This document shows, piece by piece, positions 1 to 10,700 of a DNA stretch of 64,000 nt. This DNA is from Paraspadella gotoi. Its lineage: Eukaryota; Animalia; Chaetognatha. Every line of letters begins with the position of its first letter. Positions within the stretch are counted from its first letter, which is position 1. The notes beneath the pieces are model-generated. The model was not told the origin of the DNA, did no database searches, and saw nothing but the letters and a program-made list of their open reading frames with translations. Location of the stretch: the NCBI GenBank assembly GCA_051294375.1, contig CM119266.1, forward strand, positions 2,721,812 to 2,785,811, written 5' to 3'. Both the position numbers and the translations under genes were made by a program.

Positions 1-78
1 ACTGTCCAGCCACTGTCCAGTTTCTATCTTTTTCTCTCTCTCTCTCATTAATACATACATTTGTTTGTTTTTATTTAC

Positions 79-575
79 AATGAATGACTATCATCGCATC
101 AATGAATGATTATCATCGCGTCAATGAATGATTATCATCGCGTCAATGAATGATTATTATCGCGTCAATGAATGATTATCATCGCGTCAATGAATGATTA
201 TCATCGCGTCAATGAATGATTATCATCGCGTCAATGAATGATTATCATCGCGTCAATGAATGATTATCATCGCGTCAATGAATGATTATCATCGCGTCAA
301 TGAATGATTATCATCGCGTCAATGAATGATTATCATCGCGTCAATGAATGATTATCATCGCGTCAATCATTTGGTTATCATCGCGTTAATCATTTGGTTA
401 TCATAGCGTTAATCATTTGGTTATCATCATATCCATCATTTGGTTATCATCGCATCCATCATTTGGTTATCATCGCATCAATCCTTTGGTTATCATCGCA
501 TCAATCCTTTGGTTATCATCGCATCAATCCTTTGGTTATCATCGCATCAATCCTTTGGTTATCATTGCATCAATA
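79..575. repeat. Tandem minisatellite: 22-bp unit AATGAATGATTATCATCGCGTC grading into 23-bp unit ATCAATCCTTTGGTTATCATCGC
   Basis: Directly visible head-to-tail repeats. The overlapping ORFs show the expected 23-aa periodicity. Confidence 0.95.
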
Positions 576-578
576 TTT

Positions 579-1720
579 GCTTTATATTAAAAAATGAGGT
601 ACTATGGCAACGGGAGGATAGCCTGTGATACCCGGGCGCGGGGTATCTCACCAACTGGCGTAGGGCTGCGGACCCTCAGTGACCGCCTCCTGTCACTGGC
701 ATGTTTATACCGGCATCCGTCACATTTAAAGCCAGAACCGGGATACCCAGGGATTGAACCGGGACGCACGGATGGAATGAGATGATTTAGCCTGCTCAGC
801 CATTGAGACGAGGCTGAGGACGGACAGCAGTGAGGCAGCTTTAAGTCTTGCTGCCACAGGATCCCCCCACCAGACTTTTCCACAGGGGCCTCAATCCTGA
901 GGAGATGTCTGAGAGAAGGTTTTGATCTCATTGCCATAGTGAAAGCGACGCGAGCGAGTCTGGAGCGTTACCAGAGAAGTAGGGCATAGGCGTGATATGC
1001 ATACCCTAAGCGACGTAAGCGTGGGCGCACGGTGCGCAGCGGTTGCGTGTTCGAGAGTAGGGCTCACCACTTATGGCAACGGGAGATAGCCTGTGATACC
1101 CGGGGCGCGGGGTATCTCACCAACTGGTGTAGGGGCTGCGGACCCTCAGTGACCGCCTCCTGTCATGGCATGTTTATACCGGCACCGTCACAGAACAGAA
1201 CCGGGATACCCAGGGATTGAACCCGGGACGCACGGATGGAATGAGATGATTTAGCCTGCTCAGCCATTGAGACGAGGCTGAGGACGGACAGCAGTGAGCA
1301 GCTTTAAGTCTTGCTGCCACAGTACCTTTATTTTCCGAGAAAACTCCTGGACCAAATTTATTAAAATTTGGTATGATCCCTATTTGAATACAAATGAAGC
1401 TATCAAGGCAAATTTAAATATTTGATCCCTTGAGTTGAGATAGGCCCCCCGGGGGTTACCCATAGGAGCAAAAAAAATGGTTAAAAATTTTTATAAATTT
1501 TTTTATTATTTTTGTTTTGAACAGTTGCATAAACATTTACTCTTCCACAAAAACATATTTATTACCTCAAAAATATTTGTTTCCTTTAATTTTCAGCAGT
1601 TCAAATCAGATTTAGATTAATTTGGGAAATTTTGAAGTAAAACGATTAACCATGCATCTTTAAACAATGCTTAATTATTGAAAATTTATCAATTTTAATT
1701 TTAAAATGTTTTTATCAATC
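579..1720 (+). mobile_element. Truncated copy of the Tc1/mariner-type MITE at 21423-22076, interrupted by the TRIM
   Basis: AAAATGAGGTAC, TTCCGAGAAAACT, AAATTTGGTATG and TTTACTCTTCCACAAAAA are collinear with 21441-21690. Confidence 0.75.
603..1321 (-). mobile_element. Miniature non-autonomous LTR retrotransposon (TRIM) with tRNA-derived Pol III promoter in each LTR
   Basis: Direct repeats at 603-858 and 1072-1321, with minus-strand ends TGTGGCA...TGCCATA. 4-bp TSD GTAC at 599-602 and 1322-1325. PBS TGGTGAGCCCTAC 2 nt after the 5' LTR (1069-1057). PPT GGTGGGGGGA just before the 3' LTR. A box TGGCTGAGCAGG and B box GGTTCAATCC in both LTRs. Confidence 0.85.
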
Positions 1721-1954
1721 AATGATTATTTTTTCATTAATTTTTTTTGATAGTAACGTCTGGCGAGATCACTATTTTTTGTTTTTGTTTTTTATAGATA
1801 AACAATCAACAAGCCTTGCGATAGACAGAATGCAATGGATTACCCTTGAGAACAAACTGTTGTCCTCTATCTTTCAAACTCGTTTCACGAACTAAACAAC
1901 TCCCTCCTTTATCTTCCGTCGTAAAATAGATATAGAATAATAATTCAAAAAACG

Positions 1955-3773
1955 ATGGCGGCGTTGGTGTCCGACGCCGCCCGCGCCTTCAGCGCTCGGT
2001 TCTGGTCGACAAAGTTTTGGTTGCCCGGCAACGTGACTTGGGACGACCTGATCTCCAAGCCGGACCTCCCTCTTCCGGCGTCGGGCGACCTCCTAGTCGG
2101 CCTTTATTTGGGGATCTTCCTCATCATCGCCCGGTTTCTCTTCGAGCGTTGGGTGGCCACGCCCATCGCTATCGCCTCCGGTCTTCCTCCGCGCCGACGC
2201 CTGGATCCCCCGGCGTCGCTCCACCCGCTCCTGGACGCCGCCTTCGCCCGGTCCCCTCGTCAACCGGACGATGCGGCTCTGGCGTCGCTCACTAAACGCA
2301 CGGATCTTCCCCGGCGCCGCGTGGAGTCATGGTTCCGGCTGGCGTCGCGCGCCCGCAACAGCCGCGTCAAGCCGCAGTCGATCGACAAGTTTAACGAGTC
2401 CTGCTGGCGCTTCGTCTACTACCTCGGCATCTTTTGCTATGGCCTGGCCGTGCTGTGGGACAAGCCCTGGTTTTGGGACACCAAGGACTGCTGGATCGGC
2501 TGGCCGGACAGGATCCCGCTCGACGAATCGATCCGTTGGTACTACATGGTGGAGATCGGATTTTATGCGTCCCTGTTCGCCAGCCAATTCTTCGACGTGC
2601 AGCGAAAGGACTTTTGGCAGATGTTCACCCATCACTTGGCCACGCTGACCCTGCTCACGGCCTCGTGGATCATTAACATGGTGCGCATAGGATCCCTCGT
2701 CCTCGTTGTCCACGACGCCGTCGACTGGCTCCTCGAGATCAGCAAGATGACCAACTACGCCAAGCAGGTATCAGAATATTGAGGGATGAGTCGGGTCGGG
2801 TTACTTATTACTTTTATTTGAAACAGGAGGACCAACCTCCGGGAGGGTACGTAGATATATTAATGAGGCGTGTTTACTTTATAATTTGCTTACGGATTTT
2901 ACGTACGTATAATTTATAAAACTGAGGTGAAGATGGTTTTTATTTATGAATGTTTGTTTTCACTTAAGCATTTAGTACATGAGCTGTTTAAAGTTGGTAC
3001 ATAAATATTACGCTTGATTAAGAAATTAAAAACACTTGAACTTTCTTGTTAAATTCTTTTGGTTAATCAAAAATGGAGAACCGCCGGTGATTTTTAATAT
3101 ATTTCTAACCTCTTGGCCCGTTCCTCCCCTTTCCTCCTATTTTCTTCCACCTCATCCCCTTCCCAAACCCCTCCCTCCGCAGGATCGCCTCTGTGAAATA
3201 TGCTTTGTCGCTTTCACGTCGGTCTGGTTCGCCTCCCGCCTGGTCTACTTCCCCTTGGTCGTCATAAAGTCTTGCCTGTTCGAGGCCACAGCGACTTTGG
3301 AAGCCATGGGTTTGGACGTCACGATCTCATTGACGGGTTCGTTCTGGGAGGATCAATTTATTTTTGGCGGTTGTACATAGCTCGGGGGTGAAGTTGATAT
3401 TTAATTATTTATTGTTAAAATGTTAAATTCATTTTAAAATTTTTTGAAATTTTTAAACTAAAAATTCCTTTCTCTATGGTTCTCTACATCAGGCGGTGTC
3501 GGCGGAGTCTACTTTCTCTTCAACGGGCTTCTCATTCTGCTCTACTGCCTCCACTGGTTCTGGTTCTACCACATTATGTCGATGGCCTTCAGGCTGGCCA
3601 AGCAGGGCAAGGTGGGCAAGGACGCTCGGTCCGAGAGCGACGACTTCTCCGACGAACCCGACGAACACATCGACGACAGAGACGACTACGAAACCATCAA
3701 GCCCAACTGCTCCAACGGAAAACTGTCGACCGGCTGTAACGGCGTCAAGGAAACCAAAGACGCCAGCCCCTGA
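1955..3773 (+). CDS. CERS5/6: Ceramide synthase (TLC/Lag1 domain with Hox-like domain), 3 exons: 1955-2767, 3183-3336, 3493-3773
   Basis: FWLPGNVTW N-terminus, KFNESCWRFVYY, Lag1 motif RKDFWQMFTHH...VHDAVD and acidic tail DARSESDD. GT-AG junctions keep frame. Confidence 0.92.
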
Positions 3774-3949
3774 ACGAATTAAGCCTCGGAAAAGTCTCCC
3801 CTGGTTTTTTTTTCCTTCATTTGGATTTTTTTTGGGAATTTCGTTTTGTTTTCGCGATCACGTTGAACAAATTTCGGTGTTTCTTTTTTTTTACTTGGTG
3901 TTATCTTTATATACGTCACCCTTTAAAATGAAGTCTCGACATTTTCAAG

Positions 3950-3952
<3 letters not shown>

Positions 3953-4005
<53 letters not shown>
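3953..4005. repeat. (GA)n microsatellite
   Basis: Direct. Similar (CT/GA)n tracts at ~7710-7756, 35687-35730, 58682-58713 and 59696-59782. Confidence 0.95.
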
Positions 4006-4008
<3 letters not shown>

Positions 4009-5911
4009 TTTTAAGCGATCTCCCTGAAAGAAAAAAACAACTATATTAAAGAAGGGGCTCCATTCAATTGAATGGGATTAGCGATTCATGGGATTTCATT
4101 AATTGTTGGAGCGGGAAAAGTACTAAAATTAAAGAAGCTGTTATTTTATGATATTTTTAAAAAATTGGGAAAAAATGTTCACAGCTATCATTTTACCGTC
4201 ATCCGTTTAGGTTAATTAGGTTAATTAATTGTTTAAAAGGCCAAATTTTTTATATTTTTCCTTGCCTTTTGGAGCCCTAAACAGTTGGTAAAACTTTTTT
4301 AATTTTGTATTTGCGTTTACAAATTCTATTATTGCCTTGTTTATGTGCGAAGTCTAACTTATCAACGGTTAAACAATTTACTACCAGCTCAACGGTCTTA
4401 TAATTTTTCCAGCTCAAAAAGTTGTTAGAGGGAAGAATTAATTGCTCAGAAACTCTATCAGTAAATTCAAATCTAATTCCCCTAATTTTGTAATATTTAA
4501 GTAGCAAATAGCAGTTAATCCCTTTCAGTTTTAATTTTGTCATTCTTTAAAACTATCCAAGTTCAGGATGGAAAAATATTTTAACTACTAATAGGTTGTA
4601 AATTTTACATTATTTGTTCTCAAGTTAATTGAGATAGCCCGGTTCTCCGCATTACATTTTCATCAATATATTTTAGGGTTTAAATTGATCATAAAATTAT
4701 ATACGTTCTCTAAAATACAAAAAATATTCAAAATACATTATCTAAAAATTTTAACAGCATAAATTGATATGGACCATTCGTTTTAACTTTTTATTTATGT
4801 GCTTAAGCATGGAAAATATTATTTTTCACTTTTAAGTTAGCATTTCCCCTAAGTGCTACATCAGCATATGGTGATCAGTAGACGATTGTATAAAATCTTT
4901 AACTTGCATGCAAGGCCTGAGGCCTAGTACTCAATCTTGCCTTTACAAAGATCTTTCAGCGAGAGTTCTTTAAAATAATCCTTGTGATGAGAAAGGATTA
5001 TTAATTATTAACCCGAGGCAATTTGAGCCTTGGTTAAGAACTTAATACTTATTTTAGATCACGTTTTATTAAACAATAGATAGCGTTTACAACTTTACTG
5101 TGCGCTGATTTTTTTTTTCTACAAATATGTCTAATCTGTTGTTCCCACTACTCCTTGCTTTGTATTATTCTCGCTTCGGGTCTCCTGGTTGAACTTAGAA
5201 TGAAATATTATATCTCTTAATATTAGCTTTTTTGATATTGCAGTGGAGATATTTAATTTTGCTTCTTTTTAGCTTGTAGCGACATCGCTATCTGATCGAA
5301 AGAAGCCATTTTCTATTTTCGTTTTTAGTTAGCTTAAAGAGTACTACTACAAATGGTGTTAATGATTTTAATAGCATTCCATTTGAGATTTCGAATGTAC
5401 TATCTAGTTGTAGAGTAATTTTTTAAAAAAAATAGATCCTTGGAATAAGATATTACATATTTCACGCTTTGCAAAATTGTTTTACTTGCAAAGCATAAAA
5501 CTTGATTTACAATCGTAATACGCAGATATCGTTTTATAAAATGGCCATTTTTCAATCCTACCTATCTAGTATTTACTTTTTTACCAAAGGACAAATTCGA
5601 GCCGTTGAAACATTCCTGCGTGTTTACTGTTTAGTGTTTGCGATTTGAACTACTGCCGTAAGCGACCCATATGCCACCTGTCTGGCCAACTTTATTATCA
5701 ATTTTTTAAATTCCTTTATTGAAGAAAAGCTTTCTCGAACGATAGATAAATTTTGTTTCGTTTGCATCCGTGTTGTACCTTCTCATTTCCCTTCACTTTT
5801 GTCATTTTGTTAAGTCTTCAGTTTTACATTTTTAGAGCCGCCATGGCCCATAAAAAAACAAAGAAACAAAAGATGCTTTGAGATGATGCGACGCCCAATT
5901 TGTCGATCGTC

Positions 5912-7709
5912 ATGGAGACGAGAATGACGCGGAACCTGGCGTCGAATCCTTCGACGAAACAATTGTTGGCGGCGTGCGAGCGAGGGGATGTCGCCAAGAT
6001 CCAACATCACCTTGACAACGGGGTTCCCGTCGACGCCCCGTTGGACGACGATGGTGAGTCTTTCCTCAAAGAAAGCCGCGTATTTAATGGTCGCGGGACC
6101 GTTTTGTTTTCGAGGGTAGATTAAGTGGACGGCTATTCCACAAATCTTCCTTCGCAAACTAAAAATTATTGATTTATACCTGACCAAGCTAGTGGCCCCT
6201 TTTCTTGGCTCGTTCCTTCCTCTAGGCAACACCTGCCTCGCCGTCGCCACGGCCAATGCCCACGACGCCGCGGTCCAGCTGCTTCTCAAACGCGGTGCCG
6301 CTCTCGAGACCGCCAACGTACATGGATGGACGCCAGCGATGCAGGCGGCGCGCCACGGCCGGACCAGCGTTTTGTCGACCCTCCTAAACAACAAAGCCGA
6401 CCCACGAGCTGACAGCCGTCTCGGCGCCTCTCTCCTGCTCTGCGGGGTTTGCAGTGCCGACGCCGCCACCGTCAAGACTCTCCTAGAATCCGGATCCGAC
6501 GCGACGACTCGTTGGCGCGGACCATCCCCGCTGGCTCTGGCCGCATACTTTGGTTACGAAGACATCGTCCGCCTGCTCCTGGATCACGGCGCTGACGCCG
6601 ACCGCGCTCTCGATGCCACGCGTCTGACGCCTCTCATTCTCGCCGCCATTAACGGGCGAGCGGCGACGGTGACGATCCTCGTCGATCAAGGCGCCAATCC
6701 GAATCTCCAGGATGCGTTAGGCAACACTGCCCTTGATCACGCATCCACCCGGGGCCACGAACAAATTGAGGCCTTTCTTCGCGACCGTACATCCCTGCTC
6801 CGAACCCGCGGGCCCGCCCTTCGCATCAAGACTGACACCATAGTTGAGGCGGCGCGGCAGGGGGACGCCGCTCGTATCCGCGAGCTGCTACGCGAAGATC
6901 CGCGCCACGCGGATGCCTGCAGCCCGCAGGACGGGGCCACACCCCTCATGTTCGCCGCCATGATGGGACGTCTTGACGTAGTTGAGACTCTGGTGACCGC
7001 CGGAGCGAGGCTCGACTCACGGGACAAGGTCAGCGGGTGGACGGCGCTCATGCAAGCCACTTTCCACGGTCACAAGGACATCGTCAAATACCTCATTTCC
7101 CACGGCGCCGACGCCGAAGTGCGCGCAAAAAACGGCGCCACCGCTCTAACCCTCGCCACCACAATCGACGAGGCTGACACCGAGATGATCAGGATCATCG
7201 CCTCCAACGTCGCGGCCGGCGCCCCCAAGGCTGCTACGTCGGAGGCGCGCTCCCGGAACGGGACGACAAGAGGCGTCGTTGCCAGAGCCTGGAGAACATC
7301 CGGGGGCGAAGATACGGACGGCGCTGGGGCAGAGACGGCTTCGCGGGAAGGAGGAGGCGGTGGAGGCGACACTGGAAAGACCAACGGGTCGCTGCGGCTT
7401 TGGTGGAACAGAATGTCAAACCGGTGAGTGATAGAATTCGATAATGACAGTGATTGACGTTCAATCGCGAATGTCAACTGTTATTATCAAAGAATAACTT
7501 GGTCTCTTCTCCGGTTTTTAATGAGAAACGAAATTTTCTCTCAACATGAAACGCAAACTTTTTTTGTCCACAAATATTTTTAAAGCCTAGCAAAAGAATC
7601 TGACAACAAAACGAGTTTTACGATTGGGTTTTTAATCGAGTCAATTTTCAAACTTGATCCGCCCTGCTTTTGTGACTTAAGAAAAATAATCCAATTACTG
7701 TTACACCTA

Positions 7710-7756
<47 letters not shown>

Positions 7757-10700
7757 AAAATTTTGGGCGGCCTGTCAACTTTGTCGCACTGCCTTCCCGG
7801 CGGATAGAAAAAATGTTAATGATTTCCGTCCCGGGAGGGGTTGGATGGGCTGAGAGCGATTTGGAGGTCTTTTGCGATGCGGATGGATTTTTTTTATTTA
7901 ATTTTTTTTTTTTTTTGTGGCCTTTTACGTACAGCCTCTTTTCTTAATTTTTATTTATATAAAATTAAATAAAAACTTTTTTCAAATTCACTCAACATTC
8001 GTTTTAATTTTGTTCAGATTTCGCAATCGAAAAAATCTAAAACTCGGACGAACTTTTCGTTTGTCTCCGATGCCGCTCGATCCTTCGACGAACGACGATT
8101 GTAACTCTCCTTCTTTCTCCACTGCTCCCTCCTCCATCTTCTCTGTGACCAACGGGTCCTCTAAATCTTTCGTCGCTGAAATCGCTAAAGGTAGATTTCG
8201 CATCCGCCTCGACAAATGTCGCTTACCCTTTTAATCTCCTTTTTCCAAACGTCCCTTTTTCTTCCTCAGACCCCCCTACACCGAAGCGCCTGCTTTCCAC
8301 ATCTTCTAAAGCTACGACTGAATCCCGCTCCTCAAACTCTGCCCACTTCCCCGGCTCCAGTCTTCGCTCCCTCAGCAGCGGCTACGAGTCTCTGCTCCTT
8401 GACTCTTCCGTCAAGGGACGACCCGCCCCCGGAGCAGGGACCGACCCTTCCGTCCTCGATGATCCCACATCCACCGGCCGTCCCAAACGCGTCGTCGCCG
8501 CCGACGTTCTCAAGCCGGTAGTGCCACCCTTCCACGTCCCTCCAGGGTTCGAACCCGAAACGTCTGACGGCCCCACTTCGCCCATTACGCCGACAGAGAC
8601 GACGACCTCGTTCGCCGATTTTCCGGCCTTTCGTTCCGACGTCGCCGGAGGTCGCGTGATTTCCGGGACGGCGACGTCGCCGATGCCTCCCGGTCGAACC
8701 TCTCGTCCCTCGGCTAAACTCTTCGCCCCGAGTCCCAAGAATCTCGGCAATCGTCACCCGTCGCCGTCCGCCTCCTCGGTTTTGAGTCACAGGTGAGGAG
8801 AGAAAGAGAGAAAGAGAGAAAGAGAAAAAGAGAGAAAGACTTAAAAACTATGTTTAACAATCCTAGCGTTTTCTTTCTATTTCATTTTATTCCGTTCACT
8901 TTTTAACGATATGAAAACAATTTTAAATAATATTTAATGTGATTATTTTATTTTTTTTTTATCTCGCCAGACGGGCGAATGTCCGACTTGGGCGAGTTGT
9001 TAATTTGTTTCTGCTTCTTTTGACCATATTCGTCATCGCGCTGTTTTAACATTGAAAATCGCTCGAGTATATAACCATAAGAAATTAAAAATTTAGATAT
9101 GGCTTCTTATCATTGAGGACTTTTAAATTGTTATATTTTATATTCTTACTCTCATATGTTTGTTTTATTTATAAAATAATTTTTATATATATTGATAAGT
9201 TCAGCTCTGCAGTAGTTGTACAAGAATAATTAAAGTTGTAAACTCGCAATTATGATAATTAAATTCGATGAGGAGGAGGGGCTTCGCCTCCTGCATCTTC
9301 TTCCTCCCCATTCCTCGTCCTCTTCCTCACGGGGCTCGTTGATTTTCACGATTTCACTTTTTCACCTTTCTCCAGTTGTTCTTACATTTTGCTGACTACT
9401 GGACGCCTCTCTCTCAATAATACTTATTCTTATTACTACTTATTCCAAGGAAATTATTAATTATTTAGCTATTAATTGAACTACAAACAAACATATTTAT
9501 TTATCAATGTGAAATATTAATATTAAACCTTTAAGGCAATGTTAGGGGATTCGCCCCCTAACAGCAATAAAATAAAAATTTATCAAAGCTTAATCAGAAT
9601 ATGATAATATGCAAATGAGATTGAGGAACTCAATCTTATTTAAGTTAATCCACAAATTAATCTGCTACAGCGGCTGTCCAGTTTCTTTCTATTTTTTTTT
9701 TCTATTTTTTTTTTCTATTTTTTTTTCTCTCTTTTTTGATTATATGTCACTCTTTTTTTTTCCAATGTAGCTTCTTCTAATTCGTCTAAAAACGAGTTTG
9801 CTCTGCAGCGGCTGTCCAGCTTCTTTCTCTCTTACTCATATACGCATTATCATCACATCAATTAATGATTATTATCGTATCAATAAATGACTATCATTGC
9901 GTGAATGAATGATTATCATTGCATCAATAAATGATTATCATCGCATCCATTATTTGAGTTATTGTACCATCAACGGAATGCGACCGATAAACGGGACTTG
10001 GTTGGCCATTAGTGATGTGATTTCTCGTTCTCCCTTCACGAATCATCAGAATACCGACGAACTCACAGAACCTTACTTCAACCTTAGACTGAACCAATGA
10101 CCGACAGAGGAACCGACGGATGGGATTGATGTTCCAAAAATTGCTAGAGAACTCTAGGATTCACCTCGTACACCCAAAACTCAAGAAAGAAACACGTTCT
10201 TCAATAATTATTGAACTGTTTCAATATTGTCATCACCTTTGTCTTTAACGCTCTTTGTCATCTTGTCATCGTTACCTATGTCATTTCACCTAATTATTGT
10301 CGATCGTTGATAATAAAAAACTAATTGTCAACCCAATACTTTGCCACTTATTAATTACCCTCGTTATGTTTGGCATCTTAAACGTCAACCGTGTTTGGGC
10401 ATCGTCGTGATTCGACTCCCCCCTCCGAAGAGACTTAATTGAAAACTTACGATATCGCTACTCAAAAAAACTAACGCCTATCCTACTCGAAAAAACTTAG
10501 CTTACCCTACTCGGTGAAATATTACGTCAAATCCCGTCCCGAAATCCCTTCAGATCCCCAAGAAACTAATCAAAAAATAAAAAAAAAAGATAAAAAAAAC
10601 GCGCGAACTAAAAAATTAGATACAAACAGTTTTCCTCCTTTCAACGGCCCCTTTCTTAAATAATTAAGTTATTAAGAACGACTTTTTTTGCGAATATGCA

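Larger units (their letters stand above)
1..1775 (+). mobile_element. Helentron-derived non-autonomous element (HINE/DINE-1-like, family A), 5' end outside window; hosts satellites and nested insertions
   Basis: 3' end ATAGTAACGTCTGGCGAGATCACTAT then poly-T (1750-1780) is near-identical to 13430-13455. Its core CGTCTGGCGAGAT is the reverse complement of ATCTCGCCAGACG at 8961. It shares CTGTCCAG motifs and 22/23-bp internal repeats with 8961-13455. Confidence 0.6.

Noticed and set aside
79-575. CRISPR-like regular repeats
   Set aside because: Head-to-tail units without unique spacers, no cas genes, eukaryotic context.
394-628. ORFs with [23 protein letters not shown] periodicity (also 12871-13216)
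   Set aside because: Translation artefacts of the 23-bp satellite.
740-815. Functional tRNA gene
   Set aside because: A/B boxes and T arm are present, but no proper acceptor or anticodon stems; it is part of an LTR.
601-940. RNase P/MRP RNA-like look on the minus strand (closing stem ACTATGGCAA/TTGCCATAGT, GGAAAAGTCTG...CAGGCTA, P19-like hairpin)
   Set aside because: CR-V spacing is too short, and the region is better explained as the LTR plus core of a TSD-flanked TRIM; cmscan with the Rfam nuclear RNase P and RNase MRP models would settle it.
4984-5020. C/D snoRNA candidate from GTGATGA
   Set aside because: No properly spaced CTGA D box with terminal stem; intergenic AT-rich context.
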